From positions 1,984,001-2,048,000 of the forward strand of contig CBDDIJ010000002.1 of NCBI GenBank assembly GCA_965228855.1: 64,000 nt of DNA, in the 5' to 3' direction. How positions within the stretch are numbered: position 1 is the first letter of the stretch; the number at the start of each line of letters is the position of its first letter. This stretch comes from Candidatus Obscuribacterales bacterium (GTDB taxonomy: Bacteria > Cyanobacteriota > Vampirovibrionia > Obscuribacterales > Obscuribacteraceae). The position numbers and the translations under genes are program-made. Of this stretch, positions 1 through 9,986 are shown in pieces. The notes below the pieces were generated by a model. It ran no database searches, was not told the DNA's origin, and saw nothing but the letters and a program-made list of their open reading frames with translations.

Positions 1-505
1 CCATTCCCTGGTTGTTCAATTCCTTGTTGGCTTTGCTGTACTTACCGGATTTGATGTACTCCGGCATGATCGTGGCGACGACCGGATAGGTCATTCCATC
101 CGGAGTGACAAGCGACGTCAATTGAGTTCGCAGTTTGCCTATCGGTTTGGGCTGTCCCTTAATTTTCCGCTGTTTCCCTGAAGGAATCGCCTCCACGACT
201 TCGCCGATAATGCGTGAGCCATTTGGAATCACTACGTCGGTCGCATTGGCAAGGACCGGAGAAGTCACTTCGATGGAGAACTTCTGACCCTGTCTGGTTT
301 TCGATGAAATCGTCTCATTCATTCGACCTTCGAAATGCGAACCCATAGGGATCAGAACGGTTTTGCCGTGAATCGTATTAGGAGCTCGGTAGAACTTTTC
401 CGGATCGGTTTGTTTACCGCCCTGTGCACATGCACCGTCACTAAAAACCGTGATGCCTAGTCCTAGACTCAGGACTGACAAAACTAAAAGGTTTCGCTTC
501 TTCAT
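1..505 (-). CDS. Exported VirB10/TrbI-like beta-domain protein (3' end runs off window; absent from ORF track)
   Basis: Manual translation from ATG at 505: MKKRNLLVLSVLSLGLGITVFSDGACAQ (signal peptide), then VLIPMGSHFEGRMNETISS...FSIEVTSPVLANATDVVIPNGSRIIGEVV...LTSLVTPDGMTYPVVA, the IPxG / VIPxGSxxxG / L-TPDG pattern of TrbI/VirB10 C-terminal domains. Frame open to base 1. Confidence 0.6.
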   Translation of the reverse strand, partial: MKKRNLLVLSVLSLGLGITVFSDGACAQGGKQTDPEKFYRAPNTIHGKTVLIPMGSHFEGRMNETISSKTRQGQKFSIEVTSPVLANATDVVIPNGSRIIGEVVEAIPSGKQRKIKGQPKPIGKLRTQLTSLVTPDGMTYPVVATIMPEYIKSGKYSKANKELNNQGM

Positions 506-526
506 TGCTGGTTGATGTCCTGTGAC

Positions 527-772
527 TCAGTCGGCCGGCTCCACTGGCTCCGGCTCGGTTTCGGTTTGCTCTCTGCGTTTCATCGGTTTCAATCTGTTGT
601 AAACGTATACGATGAGGAACGCTACACTTAATATTGTAAGGATTAGCGTAATTAGCCGCCACAATCCCATGACGTAGCTTACCAGTCCAGGAGCCATAAT
701 CCCGAAAGCAACGGTGACAATGAGACCGCCGCCGATAAATTTTAGGAGCTGTTTTTTGTCGTAGTGAATCAT
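527..772 (-). CDS. Small two-TM membrane protein
   Basis: 81 aa, two hydrophobic helices, acidic tail; co-oriented and tightly packed with neighbours. Confidence 0.65.
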   Translation of the reverse strand: MIHYDKKQLLKFIGGGLIVTVAFGIMAPGLVSYVMGLWRLITLILTILSVAFLIVYVYNRLKPMKRREQTETEPEPVEPAD

Positions 773-827
773 ATCAAAGACCGCATGGTGAGCCTGGAGC
801 GGGTGACCGCACAGGATTCGAGTAAGC

Positions 828-1262
828 CTATTCCGGTGGATTCAGTTTTTCCTCGAACTGCGCAAGAATAATTGGAGCAACTACTTTTGTGGCGACGAAC
901 CAGGACCCGACTATAAATAGCGGCAATGCGAAAACGCGCACCAGGAGAGGAATGAATTGGTAAAAGAAAGTAGTTAGAACGATTGCGCAACCGACAGTGA
1001 CGATCTGGCAGCCGCGTGTAATTAGCTGTTCCTGATCTGGGCGACTCATTCCTTTGAAATAGCGGTCCAGAATGGCCATGTAGTTGGACCACATGTTGCC
1101 GACGCCGGTGACCCCTTGCTTGAAGCCTTTGGTCTCGGTGATGTTTTTCGGTTTCAGCCGATTGGACGGAACGTCACTATGATCCCCCGAGCCATTGCCA
1201 GATGGAGACGAAGGCGTATCCGTCTTTCCCTTTGCTCCTCTGAGTTTGCCCAGGTCCATCAT
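828..1262 (-). CDS. Small membrane protein, hydrophilic N-terminus and two C-terminal TM helices
   Basis: ORF 828..1286; GGAGGGG precedes ATGATG at 1262/1259, so start moved; two hydrophobic segments near C-terminus. Confidence 0.65.
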   Translation of the reverse strand: MMDLGKLRGAKGKTDTPSSPSGNGSGDHSDVPSNRLKPKNITETKGFKQGVTGVGNMWSNYMAILDRYFKGMSRPDQEQLITRGCQIVTVGCAIVLTTFFYQFIPLLVRVFALPLFIVGSWFVATKVVAPIILAQFEEKLNPPE

Positions 1263-1303
1263 CCCCTCCAAAATCTCTCCGCTCAACTATCTTACTTGGA
1301 ATT

Positions 1304-3769
1304 CTATTTGCGATCACGCTTTTTCAATCTGAACAGATCGTCTTCAACTTCTTTTCGCAGCGGATCGCTGTCTTCGGAAGCCTCCAGGAAATTGTTGGCG
1401 TAATCAATCGCCTTGGTGTCGTCCTTCTTCGTCCGGTAGTAGAGCTTGTAGAGCCCATAGTAGGCGTCCGGATGCTGCGGGTCCGCAATCAATGCCTGTC
1501 TGTAGTGGTCGATTGCTATTTCCGGAAGCTTCCAGGTTGCGTTACCGAGTTCGGTATGGCGCTTAGCTTCGTTCCTTTGACTAACTATTTTGCTTATGCC
1601 CTGTTCTGCTCTAGGTGCAACTTCGTTGATTTCTTTTGCGTACCCGTAAGCCTCCTCGGCTGACTTCAAATCACCATCGTTGTAGGCTTGTTCACCGAGG
1701 CTGAGCAATTCGTATGGCTCTTCCCTGTGAGAAGTAATCACTTGCGAAAATAGCTGACGAGCGTGACGAAAACGGGGCGGACTTTCAGAGAGCGCCTTTT
1801 CAGCTTCCGATAATTGGATCTTTTCGGTTAGATTTTTGGCACCTGATTTAACCAGGTTGCCCTGAACGCTTTGTTCGGTGACCACACGCTGAACTTTGTC
1901 GAGAAGGTCCGACCATCCCGAAGGGTATTGTCCCTCCTTGCGAGCTTTCTGGAAATACACGCGGGAAAGACCCAGCAGCGATTGAGGGTCGTTGTCTTTG
2001 GCACCGAGTATGGTTCTATATTCAGTTTCGGCTACTTCGAGTTTTCCCTGTCTGAGAGCCAGCTCTGCCAGATCCCCTCTCAGGCGCATGTCGTTAGGTA
2101 AAATCTCGAGCGCGTTATGCATTTCGGCAATAGCGAGTTCACCGTCGCCACGTGCACTGTAATACTTCGCCAGGTTTTTGTATGGCTCCGGATTCCTGGG
2201 ATCAAGGCGGTTAGCTTCCTTCCAACTTGCCAGAGCGGACGGACCATCGCCTTGAACTCTGTAGATATCGCCCTGGACTCTGTACCAATCAGAACCTCGC
2301 TGGTCACGAGGAATAGAGAGAAGCTCCGTGAATCCCTCTTCATGTTTACCTTTGTTGGTGAGGTAGATCGCTTTCTGGATTCTTGCCGGATGGAAGTTCT
2401 TATCCTGCGAAAGCGCATCATCGATGAGTGCTTTTGCGTCCTCATCATGTGGATCAACCTTCAAGAGAGCTTCGGCCAGTAACGAGCTAGTGTACGGATC
2501 TTCCGCCATTTTTGCCGCTTTTCGTAGCGGTGGAATTGCGCCCTCCGGGTCGTCTTGAGCAAGTTTTACCAGCCCGAGGGTCTGCTGTGCGATCACGGTT
2601 CCCGGATCGTCTTTGATTGCACGCTTTGCCAGTGACTCCGCTGCTTCCAAATAGAGATCGCGTTTAGCAGGAGAGGCGACCGACTTAGAGTGTATGTAGG
2701 AAACAAAACTTCCGGCGGCCTTTATATTAGGATTGTCGGAAAACTGCTCCTTGCCCTTTTTCATGATTTTCTCGGCTTCGATGACCTTCTTCGGCCACAT
2801 CTGTTTTGCAAGAGCTACAGCCAGACCTGCGTGAGCGTCTCCGGTATCGTCCTCGCCAATCAAGCTGCGATAGGCATCCTCAGCGGCCTCGAATTTATTT
2901 TTCAGCAAGAGCTCATCGGCTTCTATAAGGGAAGATGCTCTCTTTCGCTTGACTGGAACGGGCTCTCCCTCATCGTTTCCAGTGTCTACAGCCTTTTTAG
3001 GAGGTTGTCTTTTGATATCGGGAAGGTCGGAACCATCCGATTCATCTGAACTGTCTGCCTTCTGATCGCCTGATGATGATGGGCCGGTAGGTGGCGCTAC
3101 CTGTTCGCTTTCCGCCTGTTTCGGTGTCGGTTCTCCTGATGGAGAGCCCGTATCCGCTGGTTGCTCCGCAGATGGCGATGAAGTTTGTTCTTTTGCCGTC
3201 TCCGGCTCTGCACCACCAGTAGTGTCGGTTTCGGAATTCTTCGCTTTTGACTTCTTGGATTTTTTGCTGGTTTTTGTTGACTTTTGTGCCTTTGCGGGTT
3301 TATCCGAAGCCTCCTTGGGTTCCGCTTCAAGACTTTGCGGAGTCGGTTCGGACGTCGGTTCCGTCTTTGGCTCCGATGCGCTTTCAGTCTTAGACTCTGA
3401 TGCTGCTTCCCTCTCTTTTCTCTTGGAGCGAGAGGACGAGGATTTTTTCCTGGTCTTTGATGATTTCGTCTCAGTCTCCGTTGAAGTGGTGTCGCCAGCG
3501 GTGCCAGGAGAATCGGTCTGCTCCGCCGCTGGAGTGCCGTCTGCTGGTGTCGATACACCGGCAGGTGGCTCTAGCGAGCCGGTTGTGGCCGAAGCTGAAG
3601 CATCTTTTGAAGATGGAAGGTCCGCGCTCTCCGCGGTGTCCGCGGCAAGCGCTGTCGTATGCGCAGTTGCGCACGGACCAAGTAGCATGCACAACGACAT
3701 GGAGATGGCTATCAACGGATTCGACCCCGAGAAACCGGAGTCAGTCGAGGAGTTCCTTTTGCTAGTCAT
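1304..3769 (-). CDS. Exported TPR protein with long disordered S/T/E/K/P-rich N-terminal linker
   Basis: Hydrophobic N-terminal segment, ~230 aa low-complexity linker, many TPR-like helices (e.g. WYRVQGDIYRVQGDGPSALASWKEANRLDPRN); start probably ATG 3769. Confidence 0.8.
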   Translation of the reverse strand: MTSKRNSSTDSGFSGSNPLIAISMSLCMLLGPCATAHTTALAADTAESADLPSSKDASASATTGSLEPPAGVSTPADGTPAAEQTDSPGTAGDTTSTETETKSSKTRKKSSSSRSKRKEREAASESKTESASEPKTEPTSEPTPQSLEAEPKEASDKPAKAQKSTKTSKKSKKSKAKNSETDTTGGAEPETAKEQTSSPSAEQPADTGSPSGEPTPKQAESEQVAPPTGPSSSGDQKADSSDESDGSDLPDIKRQPPKKAVDTGNDEGEPVPVKRKRASSLIEADELLLKNKFEAAEDAYRSLIGEDDTGDAHAGLAVALAKQMWPKKVIEAEKIMKKGKEQFSDNPNIKAAGSFVSYIHSKSVASPAKRDLYLEAAESLAKRAIKDDPGTVIAQQTLGLVKLAQDDPEGAIPPLRKAAKMAEDPYTSSLLAEALLKVDPHDEDAKALIDDALSQDKNFHPARIQKAIYLTNKGKHEEGFTELLSIPRDQRGSDWYRVQGDIYRVQGDGPSALASWKEANRLDPRNPEPYKNLAKYYSARGDGELAIAEMHNALEILPNDMRLRGDLAELALRQGKLEVAETEYRTILGAKDNDPQSLLGLSRVYFQKARKEGQYPSGWSDLLDKVQRVVTEQSVQGNLVKSGAKNLTEKIQLSEAEKALSESPPRFRHARQLFSQVITSHREEPYELLSLGEQAYNDGDLKSAEEAYGYAKEINEVAPRAEQGISKIVSQRNEAKRHTELGNATWKLPEIAIDHYRQALIADPQHPDAYYGLYKLYYRTKKDDTKAIDYANNFLEASEDSDPLRKEVEDDLFRLKKRDRK

Positions 3770-3785
3770 AACAGGTTGTAAACCT

Positions 3786-5669
3786 TCAGTCCTTCTTTTG
3801 AAGATCATCGTACTTTTTCTTTTCTCGCTCAGATTCCTTTTTGTCGCCCATTTTGTCGAGCACTTCGGCCAACATTCTGTGTGGTTCCGGCAACTCGGCT
3901 GCCAGGCGGATAATTTGTTTCAACGAACTGGCGGCTAAAACCCAGTCGGAGTTAGCCATCGCCTCTTTGGCGGTGGTCATCAATCCATTCACTCTGGAGC
4001 TGTCCAACTGTCTTAAAGCATCATCGGCTCCAGGTGCTTTCAGTGAAGATCCCATCCGATAATCGACTTTGGCTCCGGCCATGTCTCCCGATTGCTCCTT
4101 GACACTGCCTCGCAAGAGATAGGCTTGTCCTTCTTCCGGATATTTATCAAGAATGCCTGAGAGATCAGCGATTGCGCCTTCTTTATCGCCGGAGGCGATC
4201 TTCTGCTCGATGGCGGCATACTGCTGAGGGCTGACTTTTGAGGCTGGCGGTGCTTTGGGATCTACTTTAGGTGCTTCTTGCGGCGTGCCACCGCCAGGAG
4301 TGGCGGCACCGCCTGCGGTACTTGCTGCGGTTCCGGAGGACGCGGCGCTCGTGCCGGCGCCGGCTGCGGAGGCGATCGCTGGCTGCCCAGTGAGTCTGGC
4401 TATGCCTTGCAGCAAATCTGGATTCACGTAGGCATTAATGGATTTCGCTTTCTCGTAAGCGCGAAGAGCGAGGTCGTTGTTTTTAAGAGACTCTTGCGCC
4501 TTTCCGTAGATGTATAGAAGTTCCGGGTCGTCCGGTCTCTTTTCCAATTCCTTCTCGATTTTCAGGCGTGACTCTTCCAGCAGCTTGGGCGTGGCAAGTG
4601 CCGATGAGACTACCATCAGGTGGAAAGATGTTCGGGCTTTGTGCAACGCCGGATTATTGGGCTGCAATTGCCAACACTTGTTGTAGCAGGCTTTGGCACG
4701 CTCGAAATCCCCGGAAAGAGAGTACGCGCCAGCAAGTGTTAGATTGTTGTCGAACGAGTCAGAAATTGCTACGGCTTCCTTTGCTGCGTTGACTAGCCCC
4801 CGCAGTGCATCCGCATTGTTAGGGTTGATTGTGGCTGCTCGGCGATAACATACCCCAACGTTCGCAAGACGTTTCAAATACAGAGGTCCGCGACCCTGTT
4901 CTTTTGCTTTTAGTGTCACGTCCCAGAGGATGTCTCCCATCAGGCAGTGGCAGTTTGACAATTCGTTCTGTTCTTGCGGACTCCAATCTTTATTGATCGC
5001 TGTTCTCAACTCCTCGTATGCTTCAACAATTTTTCCTTGCTTGTACATTACGCGAGCTAGACGGAATCGGCTTGGACCGTTATCTCTCATTTTTACGCAT
5101 TTGCGATATTCAACGATTGCCACTGGATAATTTCCGGCGATATCGGCTTCATCAGCCAATGCGGCTCGGACGTTATAGTCGTCGGGATTCTTGCCGATGG
5201 CACGCAAGCAGTTATCCAGATGCGAGTCGGCGGGCATGTTTGCCGGGTCCGCATAAAGTGCTTCTCTATAATGATTGATCGCTTCATACCATTTCTTTTT
5301 GGAAGCAAGTAAGTCCGCGTAGTGCAAATGGGCGCTGGATAGATTCATCCGGAAGGTCTGGTTCTCCGGATCTTGATTAAGCGCTTCTTCGTGTTCGCGG
5401 ATGGCGTCGTTCCACAATCCTTTGCTTCCCAGCTCCACGCCTCGATTATTGTGTTCCATCGGATTGCGCGGAGGTGGAGTTTGCAAGACCACTCCACTGC
5501 CACCGCCACCGCTGGAAGTGGCACCCGCGGCGCGCGCTCGTGTCTTCTTTGCCTCAAGTGGACCGGATAGTAAAAGGATTAGTGAAAGTGTCGATGTCAG
5601 AAGTAGTGGAATACTTCTTGCTAAATTGATTTTTGTTATCGGACGTGTAGTATCGGCTTGCCGAGTCAT
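3786..5669 (-). CDS. Exported TPR protein
   Basis: Signal peptide (LLLTSTLSLILLLSGPLEA), TPR motifs (HNNRGVELGSKGLWNDAIREHEEALNQDPEN), Ala/Gly/Pro linker, C-terminal TPRs. Confidence 0.85.
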   Translation of the reverse strand: MTRQADTTRPITKINLARSIPLLLTSTLSLILLLSGPLEAKKTRARAAGATSSGGGGSGVVLQTPPPRNPMEHNNRGVELGSKGLWNDAIREHEEALNQDPENQTFRMNLSSAHLHYADLLASKKKWYEAINHYREALYADPANMPADSHLDNCLRAIGKNPDDYNVRAALADEADIAGNYPVAIVEYRKCVKMRDNGPSRFRLARVMYKQGKIVEAYEELRTAINKDWSPQEQNELSNCHCLMGDILWDVTLKAKEQGRGPLYLKRLANVGVCYRRAATINPNNADALRGLVNAAKEAVAISDSFDNNLTLAGAYSLSGDFERAKACYNKCWQLQPNNPALHKARTSFHLMVVSSALATPKLLEESRLKIEKELEKRPDDPELLYIYGKAQESLKNNDLALRAYEKAKSINAYVNPDLLQGIARLTGQPAIASAAGAGTSAASSGTAASTAGGAATPGGGTPQEAPKVDPKAPPASKVSPQQYAAIEQKIASGDKEGAIADLSGILDKYPEEGQAYLLRGSVKEQSGDMAGAKVDYRMGSSLKAPGADDALRQLDSSRVNGLMTTAKEAMANSDWVLAASSLKQIIRLAAELPEPHRMLAEVLDKMGDKKESEREKKKYDDLQKKD

Positions 5670-6088
5670 TTGAACGCGATCTCCGCTGGACCCTAAAAAC
5701 TCTATGCACGATAGAAGGGGTTAATATCCATTCTATCGACCTTAAATTTTTACGCTGCAAAAAATGCGGCGACAATCGGGTTTTACCTGGGTTTTCAAGT
5801 GTTGTGGTGAAAATTGTTATCTACAATACAATTTTGCCCCGGAATTTTCTCTTCATATTGACAATCGCCTCCAAAAAGATTAAAAATTGGTAACTTCGCT
5901 TGCTGCCAGGTCGCAGTGTGCCCAATTTCGGAGGATGCAAGCCGGCTGATAAATTGTTAGACTGATCTTAAGCAGCATATAACTCTTCTACTTAGGGCAT
6001 TTTGTTTTTGAAGTTCTCTTACTAAGGCACAAAGAATTCACCGAGTCACGCTCTAGTCTCGATGATCGATTCCCCGGGAGGGATAAAG
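5670..6088. promoter_or_regulatory. AT-rich divergent promoter region; candidate sigma70 promoter on + strand
   Basis: Non-coding gap between divergent operons; TTGACA at 5858-5863, 17-bp spacer, TAAAAA at 5881-5886. Confidence 0.45.
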
Positions 6089-7132
6089 GTGAAAGCCTCT
6101 AAATATCAATTGCCGGCCGTTCTTGCAGTCTTCTCTGTACTTGTTTCGGCTATGCCATCTTCAGCTCAACTTCCGCCTGTCAACTGGGGCAAGTCTGTTC
6201 ACGGACCCGGTGATAACCAGTACGTAGGCGATCAACAAGGCATGAGACATCCGCCGAATACGACACCAACTCGCCCGCAGGTCGTGCCCATGATGGGTGG
6301 CGGCGGAGGCGGTGGTGGAGGTCCGGTCGCATACAGGCCTACTCCGAAGCGTCCGAAACCAGACATCTCCCTTCAGCCGATTCCAGCTGATGAACCTGTG
6401 GCTCCTCCAGGGTTTCCTCCTCTTCCCGATCGTCTTGATCTGCCCGGCGTAGATCAGGTTACATCCACCTTCTCCAGTTCTGGTGGTGGCGGCGCAGGCG
6501 GCGGCGGTTCGATGGGCGGCGGTGGTGGCGGCGGCGGACCGATGGGCGGTGGCTCAAACGTCAATCCATTTCAAGGCAAGAAGCAAGGCTATGCCCACTA
6601 TGAACCCGGCTCCTTCTCCGGCCAGTCCAGAGGCGGTGGTGGCGGTGCGTCGCCGATGAGTGGTGGTGGTGGCGGTGCTGTCGGAGACTTCCATCAGCAC
6701 TACAACCACAGTGCACCCGGCTCGTTTGCAGAGCCTCAACAGAAAGGTGTCGGTTATTACAAATGCCGTGAGGCCGCTCCACAAAGCAAACCAGTAGCAT
6801 TTGAAGAGTCATTCGGATCAGATTCGGCTAACAAACCGCCTGCATATGCAGGTGCCAGCGCGGCTGACCTGAAGAAGCTCGGTCGTGAGCCAAAGCTCAA
6901 CGATAGACAGAACGGCGGAGATTCTCAGCCCGAAGCTCCCACGCCAGTTTCCATCAACCAGGCTGCCACGCAAGACCTCTCTCTGCCGGACGATGAGTTC
7001 CGTTCGCGCAGACCGCCTAACAAGGCAGGCAAAGTGCTCGGCAGGATCGGACGTCGCATCGGCAATCGCGCCGGCGCAATGATGAACCAGGGGATGAACA
7101 TGGCAACCATGGGACTGACGAGCGGTAGATAA
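6089..7132 (+). CDS. Secreted Gly/Pro-rich low-complexity protein
   Basis: GGAGG upstream of GTG 6089; signal peptide ending SSA-Q; poly-Gly tracts; internal repeat HYEPGSF/HSAPGSF. Confidence 0.7.
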   Translation: MKASKYQLPAVLAVFSVLVSAMPSSAQLPPVNWGKSVHGPGDNQYVGDQQGMRHPPNTTPTRPQVVPMMGGGGGGGGGPVAYRPTPKRPKPDISLQPIPADEPVAPPGFPPLPDRLDLPGVDQVTSTFSSSGGGGAGGGGSMGGGGGGGGPMGGGSNVNPFQGKKQGYAHYEPGSFSGQSRGGGGGASPMSGGGGGAVGDFHQHYNHSAPGSFAEPQQKGVGYYKCREAAPQSKPVAFEESFGSDSANKPPAYAGASAADLKKLGREPKLNDRQNGGDSQPEAPTPVSINQAATQDLSLPDDEFRSRRPPNKAGKVLGRIGRRIGNRAGAMMNQGMNMATMGLTSGR

Positions 7133-7162
7133 CTCACTGGCTAGGCGAAGGAGATTTGAACT

Positions 7163-7867
7163 ATGAGGAAGACAATGAAGCACGGTTTACTAGCATTAAC
7201 CCTTTTAATCGGTACTGTATGCGGTGCCCAATCAGCTTCTGCGCAAGGTGGATTTTCAGGTCATATTCAGCAAAATAAGTTGGACAAAACCAAGTTTTTC
7301 AATGCACCAAGACAGATGCAAATCCTGGACGAGCGTCCTATTATCAAGGATTTCCGGGAAGCACCCGCTTCGTCTCCGATGATTGCGCTGCCTCCTGGTC
7401 CGCAGGGGAATATGGGCGGGTACGGCGGAAATGGCGCTGGCGCCCTCGGTGATGTTCCATCCGGTGGCGGTCCTGGCAGCGCTCCTGTACAGCTGGGCGG
7501 ACCCGGAGTACAACCCTATCGCAACGCTGACAGCGGCGGTCAACTTCCACTGCCCAAGTCCGGTTTCAACGGACCCTCAAACATTCCGGCTCGTGGACTC
7601 GGACCGAAAGGACCGTTAGCTGATGCAACCAGCACCAACCGTTTGATGGGCAAGATGATGAAACCGAAAGAGCAGATCGGCGGAACCTATCCGGCCGGTA
7701 GTCTCGGTGGCGGCCGCGGGCGTTCCATAAGTAAGGGACCAGCCGCGCCGGTCGCCGCTTCCTACGGAAGCAACTACGGAACGGGCTCGGGCAGCGGAAC
7801 TTCAAGCGGAAGCGCCGGACGCACCGATACTATGGTTCGCGGTACTCTGCTCGGCAAGACTAAATAA
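7163..7867 (+). CDS. Secreted Gly/Pro-rich protein
   Basis: AAGGAG RBS; signal peptide ending ASA-Q; low-complexity body. Confidence 0.75.
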   Translation: MRKTMKHGLLALTLLIGTVCGAQSASAQGGFSGHIQQNKLDKTKFFNAPRQMQILDERPIIKDFREAPASSPMIALPPGPQGNMGGYGGNGAGALGDVPSGGGPGSAPVQLGGPGVQPYRNADSGGQLPLPKSGFNGPSNIPARGLGPKGPLADATSTNRLMGKMMKPKEQIGGTYPAGSLGGGRGRSISKGPAAPVAASYGSNYGTGSGSGTSSGSAGRTDTMVRGTLLGKTK

Positions 7868-7894
7868 TAGAAACCCAGACCATTTAGAGGATAA

Positions 7895-9898
7895 ATGCGA
7901 CTAGTACAGACCACCCTCCTGATCCTTCTTAGCGGCTGCCTATGCAGCTGCGGAATGGGTTCCGGCTCTGACAAAGTAGCCGAAGGAAATCAGGGCGGTG
8001 GTCGTTCTGGCGTTCTCGGACGCATGCACCCCAAGGCGAGTGCCGAGACCGTCGAAGAGCTAAAGGCTGCCGAGGCGCAAGCACGCGAAGAACAAATGCG
8101 CCTGGCACAACAGAATCAGCAGGCCAGCATGAACGGCATGGGGCGAGTGCTTCCACCGGTGTCGACCGACCCGATCGCAGGGGGACTGAACGCCGCTCAA
8201 GCTGATGGGCCGATTGCCAACAATTACACACCGACTTCGAATCCGACGGCCAACGCTCTTGCTTCGGCTGCGGCTCAATCGAACAACGGTAACAGTTCCA
8301 CAATCAGTTCGAGCACCGTTACTCCTGCAAAGGATCTCGGAACTTCGATGGAAGCTCCGCCAGCGCAAATGGAAGCGGCAACATATTCCCAACACTATAT
8401 GTCGGGCAGCGTGCCACCACCGCCTCCTGGTGCTGTCGCCGGAGGCCTGGTTCCGCCACCACCGGCAGTGACGCTTTCGACTAACGCCGCGATGGCCTAT
8501 GGTGGCCAAGACAGCAATCCTTATGCGAATCCGTACATGAATCCATACGCGATTCCATATCCTCAGTATCAGCAGTTTCAACAGGCGCCACCGCCCATGA
8601 TGCAGCCGCCTCCGCAGGCGGAACCTCAGCAGCGTCCGCAAGGCTTGTTTGGAAGCGGTAAAAAACGTGTCGTCGATGAGGATGATGACGAAGACGCGTC
8701 GGAAACAAAAGCGGATAAGAAAGAAACTGAGTTTGTCCCAATTCGTCCAACCGGCATGGAAGCTCGATCGCCTTACAAGCAGAAGGATGATTTGAAACTT
8801 CTCTGGACCGGTGCTCTCAATACTTACCAGATGCAGAAGCTCCAGGAGCGTGATAAAGAGCTCAACTTCATCCTCAAAAAGGTTGATGTCGGTTTGCCTC
8901 CTGATTCATCAAAGGGCATGTTTACCGTCGCGCCGAGGCGCGTACAGTCTATTTTCCGTCCGATTGCATCGGAGAGGAAGTCCATAGAACAGGTTCGAAA
9001 AGTACAGTTCGACATCGTGCAGGCTTATTACCGTTACCTGTACGCGTACAACAAGTATGCGATTCAACAACAGACGGTTCAAGCAAGAAAGCAAGAGATC
9101 GAAGTAGCAAGTTCGCGCGCAGAGAAGCAACGTGCCGAAGCCGATATGGCACGTGCTCAGGATGCTGCGCAATCAGCGACTGAAGACATGCGTGCCGCTC
9201 AAGAAGAGTTGGCTGCAACGGCGGGCGCGCAATCTGCGCGTACAGTTATCGGCAGAATATCTGGTATCACTCCCAGCGTCCAGGCTCTGGCTCAAGCGGA
9301 GAAATCCGCCGAGCCAATCGAAGTTGATTCGAAGAAGACTGGCTCGGGCGGCGGTATGTTTGGCGGTATGGGGAACTTCCTCTGGGGTGGCAACAAGGAA
9401 TCGAAGACTGAGTCTGTAGAAACCGCGAAGGCACCCAAAGAAAAAAGTCCGAAAGTAAAACCGGACAAGAAAGGAAAAAAGAGCGCAGATCCAGCTGAGG
9501 AAAAAGAAGACCTCACTCCTTCACGCTCTGTTGCTATGAAAAACACCAAACGCGAACCCGAGAGGCAAGCGCCTCCGGAACGAGCGGTTTCAAACAGTCC
9601 AATCAACTTCGAGTTGAAGGACATTGAAATCACCGCCCGCAAGTCAATCTTGACTGTTGCTATTCGCAATACAGGCTCCGAAAACTTCAAGTTCACACCC
9701 GAAGCAATCTCGATTGCCGAAGGTGACAAGAAGATTGCCGAAGCCTCTATGCGAGCCGAGTTCGATTCAACATCCGTGAAGCCCAATGGGGAGGTACAAG
9801 GAAAAATAACTATCTTTGGACGTCCATGGAATGACCGACTTTCGGTCATCATGTCTGACGGTTCCAACAACATACAACTGAAGCGCAACCATAACTGA
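7895..9898 (+). CDS. Putative lipoprotein with TolC/OEP-like helical segment and C-terminal beta-sandwich
   Basis: Lipobox-like LSGC/LCSC; Pro/Gln-rich linker; DIVQAYYRYLYA...AEADMARAQ...AAQEELAATAG resembles outer-membrane efflux helices; C-terminal ILTVAIRNTG...VKPNGEVQGKITI Ig-like pattern. Confidence 0.65.
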   Translation: MRLVQTTLLILLSGCLCSCGMGSGSDKVAEGNQGGGRSGVLGRMHPKASAETVEELKAAEAQAREEQMRLAQQNQQASMNGMGRVLPPVSTDPIAGGLNAAQADGPIANNYTPTSNPTANALASAAAQSNNGNSSTISSSTVTPAKDLGTSMEAPPAQMEAATYSQHYMSGSVPPPPPGAVAGGLVPPPPAVTLSTNAAMAYGGQDSNPYANPYMNPYAIPYPQYQQFQQAPPPMMQPPPQAEPQQRPQGLFGSGKKRVVDEDDDEDASETKADKKETEFVPIRPTGMEARSPYKQKDDLKLLWTGALNTYQMQKLQERDKELNFILKKVDVGLPPDSSKGMFTVAPRRVQSIFRPIASERKSIEQVRKVQFDIVQAYYRYLYAYNKYAIQQQTVQARKQEIEVASSRAEKQRAEADMARAQDAAQSATEDMRAAQEELAATAGAQSARTVIGRISGITPSVQALAQAEKSAEPIEVDSKKTGSGGGMFGGMGNFLWGGNKESKTESVETAKAPKEKSPKVKPDKKGKKSADPAEEKEDLTPSRSVAMKNTKREPERQAPPERAVSNSPINFELKDIEITARKSILTVAIRNTGSENFKFTPEAISIAEGDKKIAEASMRAEFDSTSVKPNGEVQGKITIFGRPWNDRLSVIMSDGSNNIQLKRNHN

Positions 9899-9986
9899 AG
9901 GGGTCTTTGCTTATCGCTGCAAAGCCCGTAAGTTCACTCACATTTAAGCTGCACTAAAACCACTCCGCTCACTTCAGGTAAGAAGA

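Noticed and set aside
3222..3938. Long antisense or alternate-frame ORFs (also 15562-16416, 31254-32126, 39763-40560)
   Set aside because: Shadows of well-supported genes on the opposite strand with no recognisable motifs.
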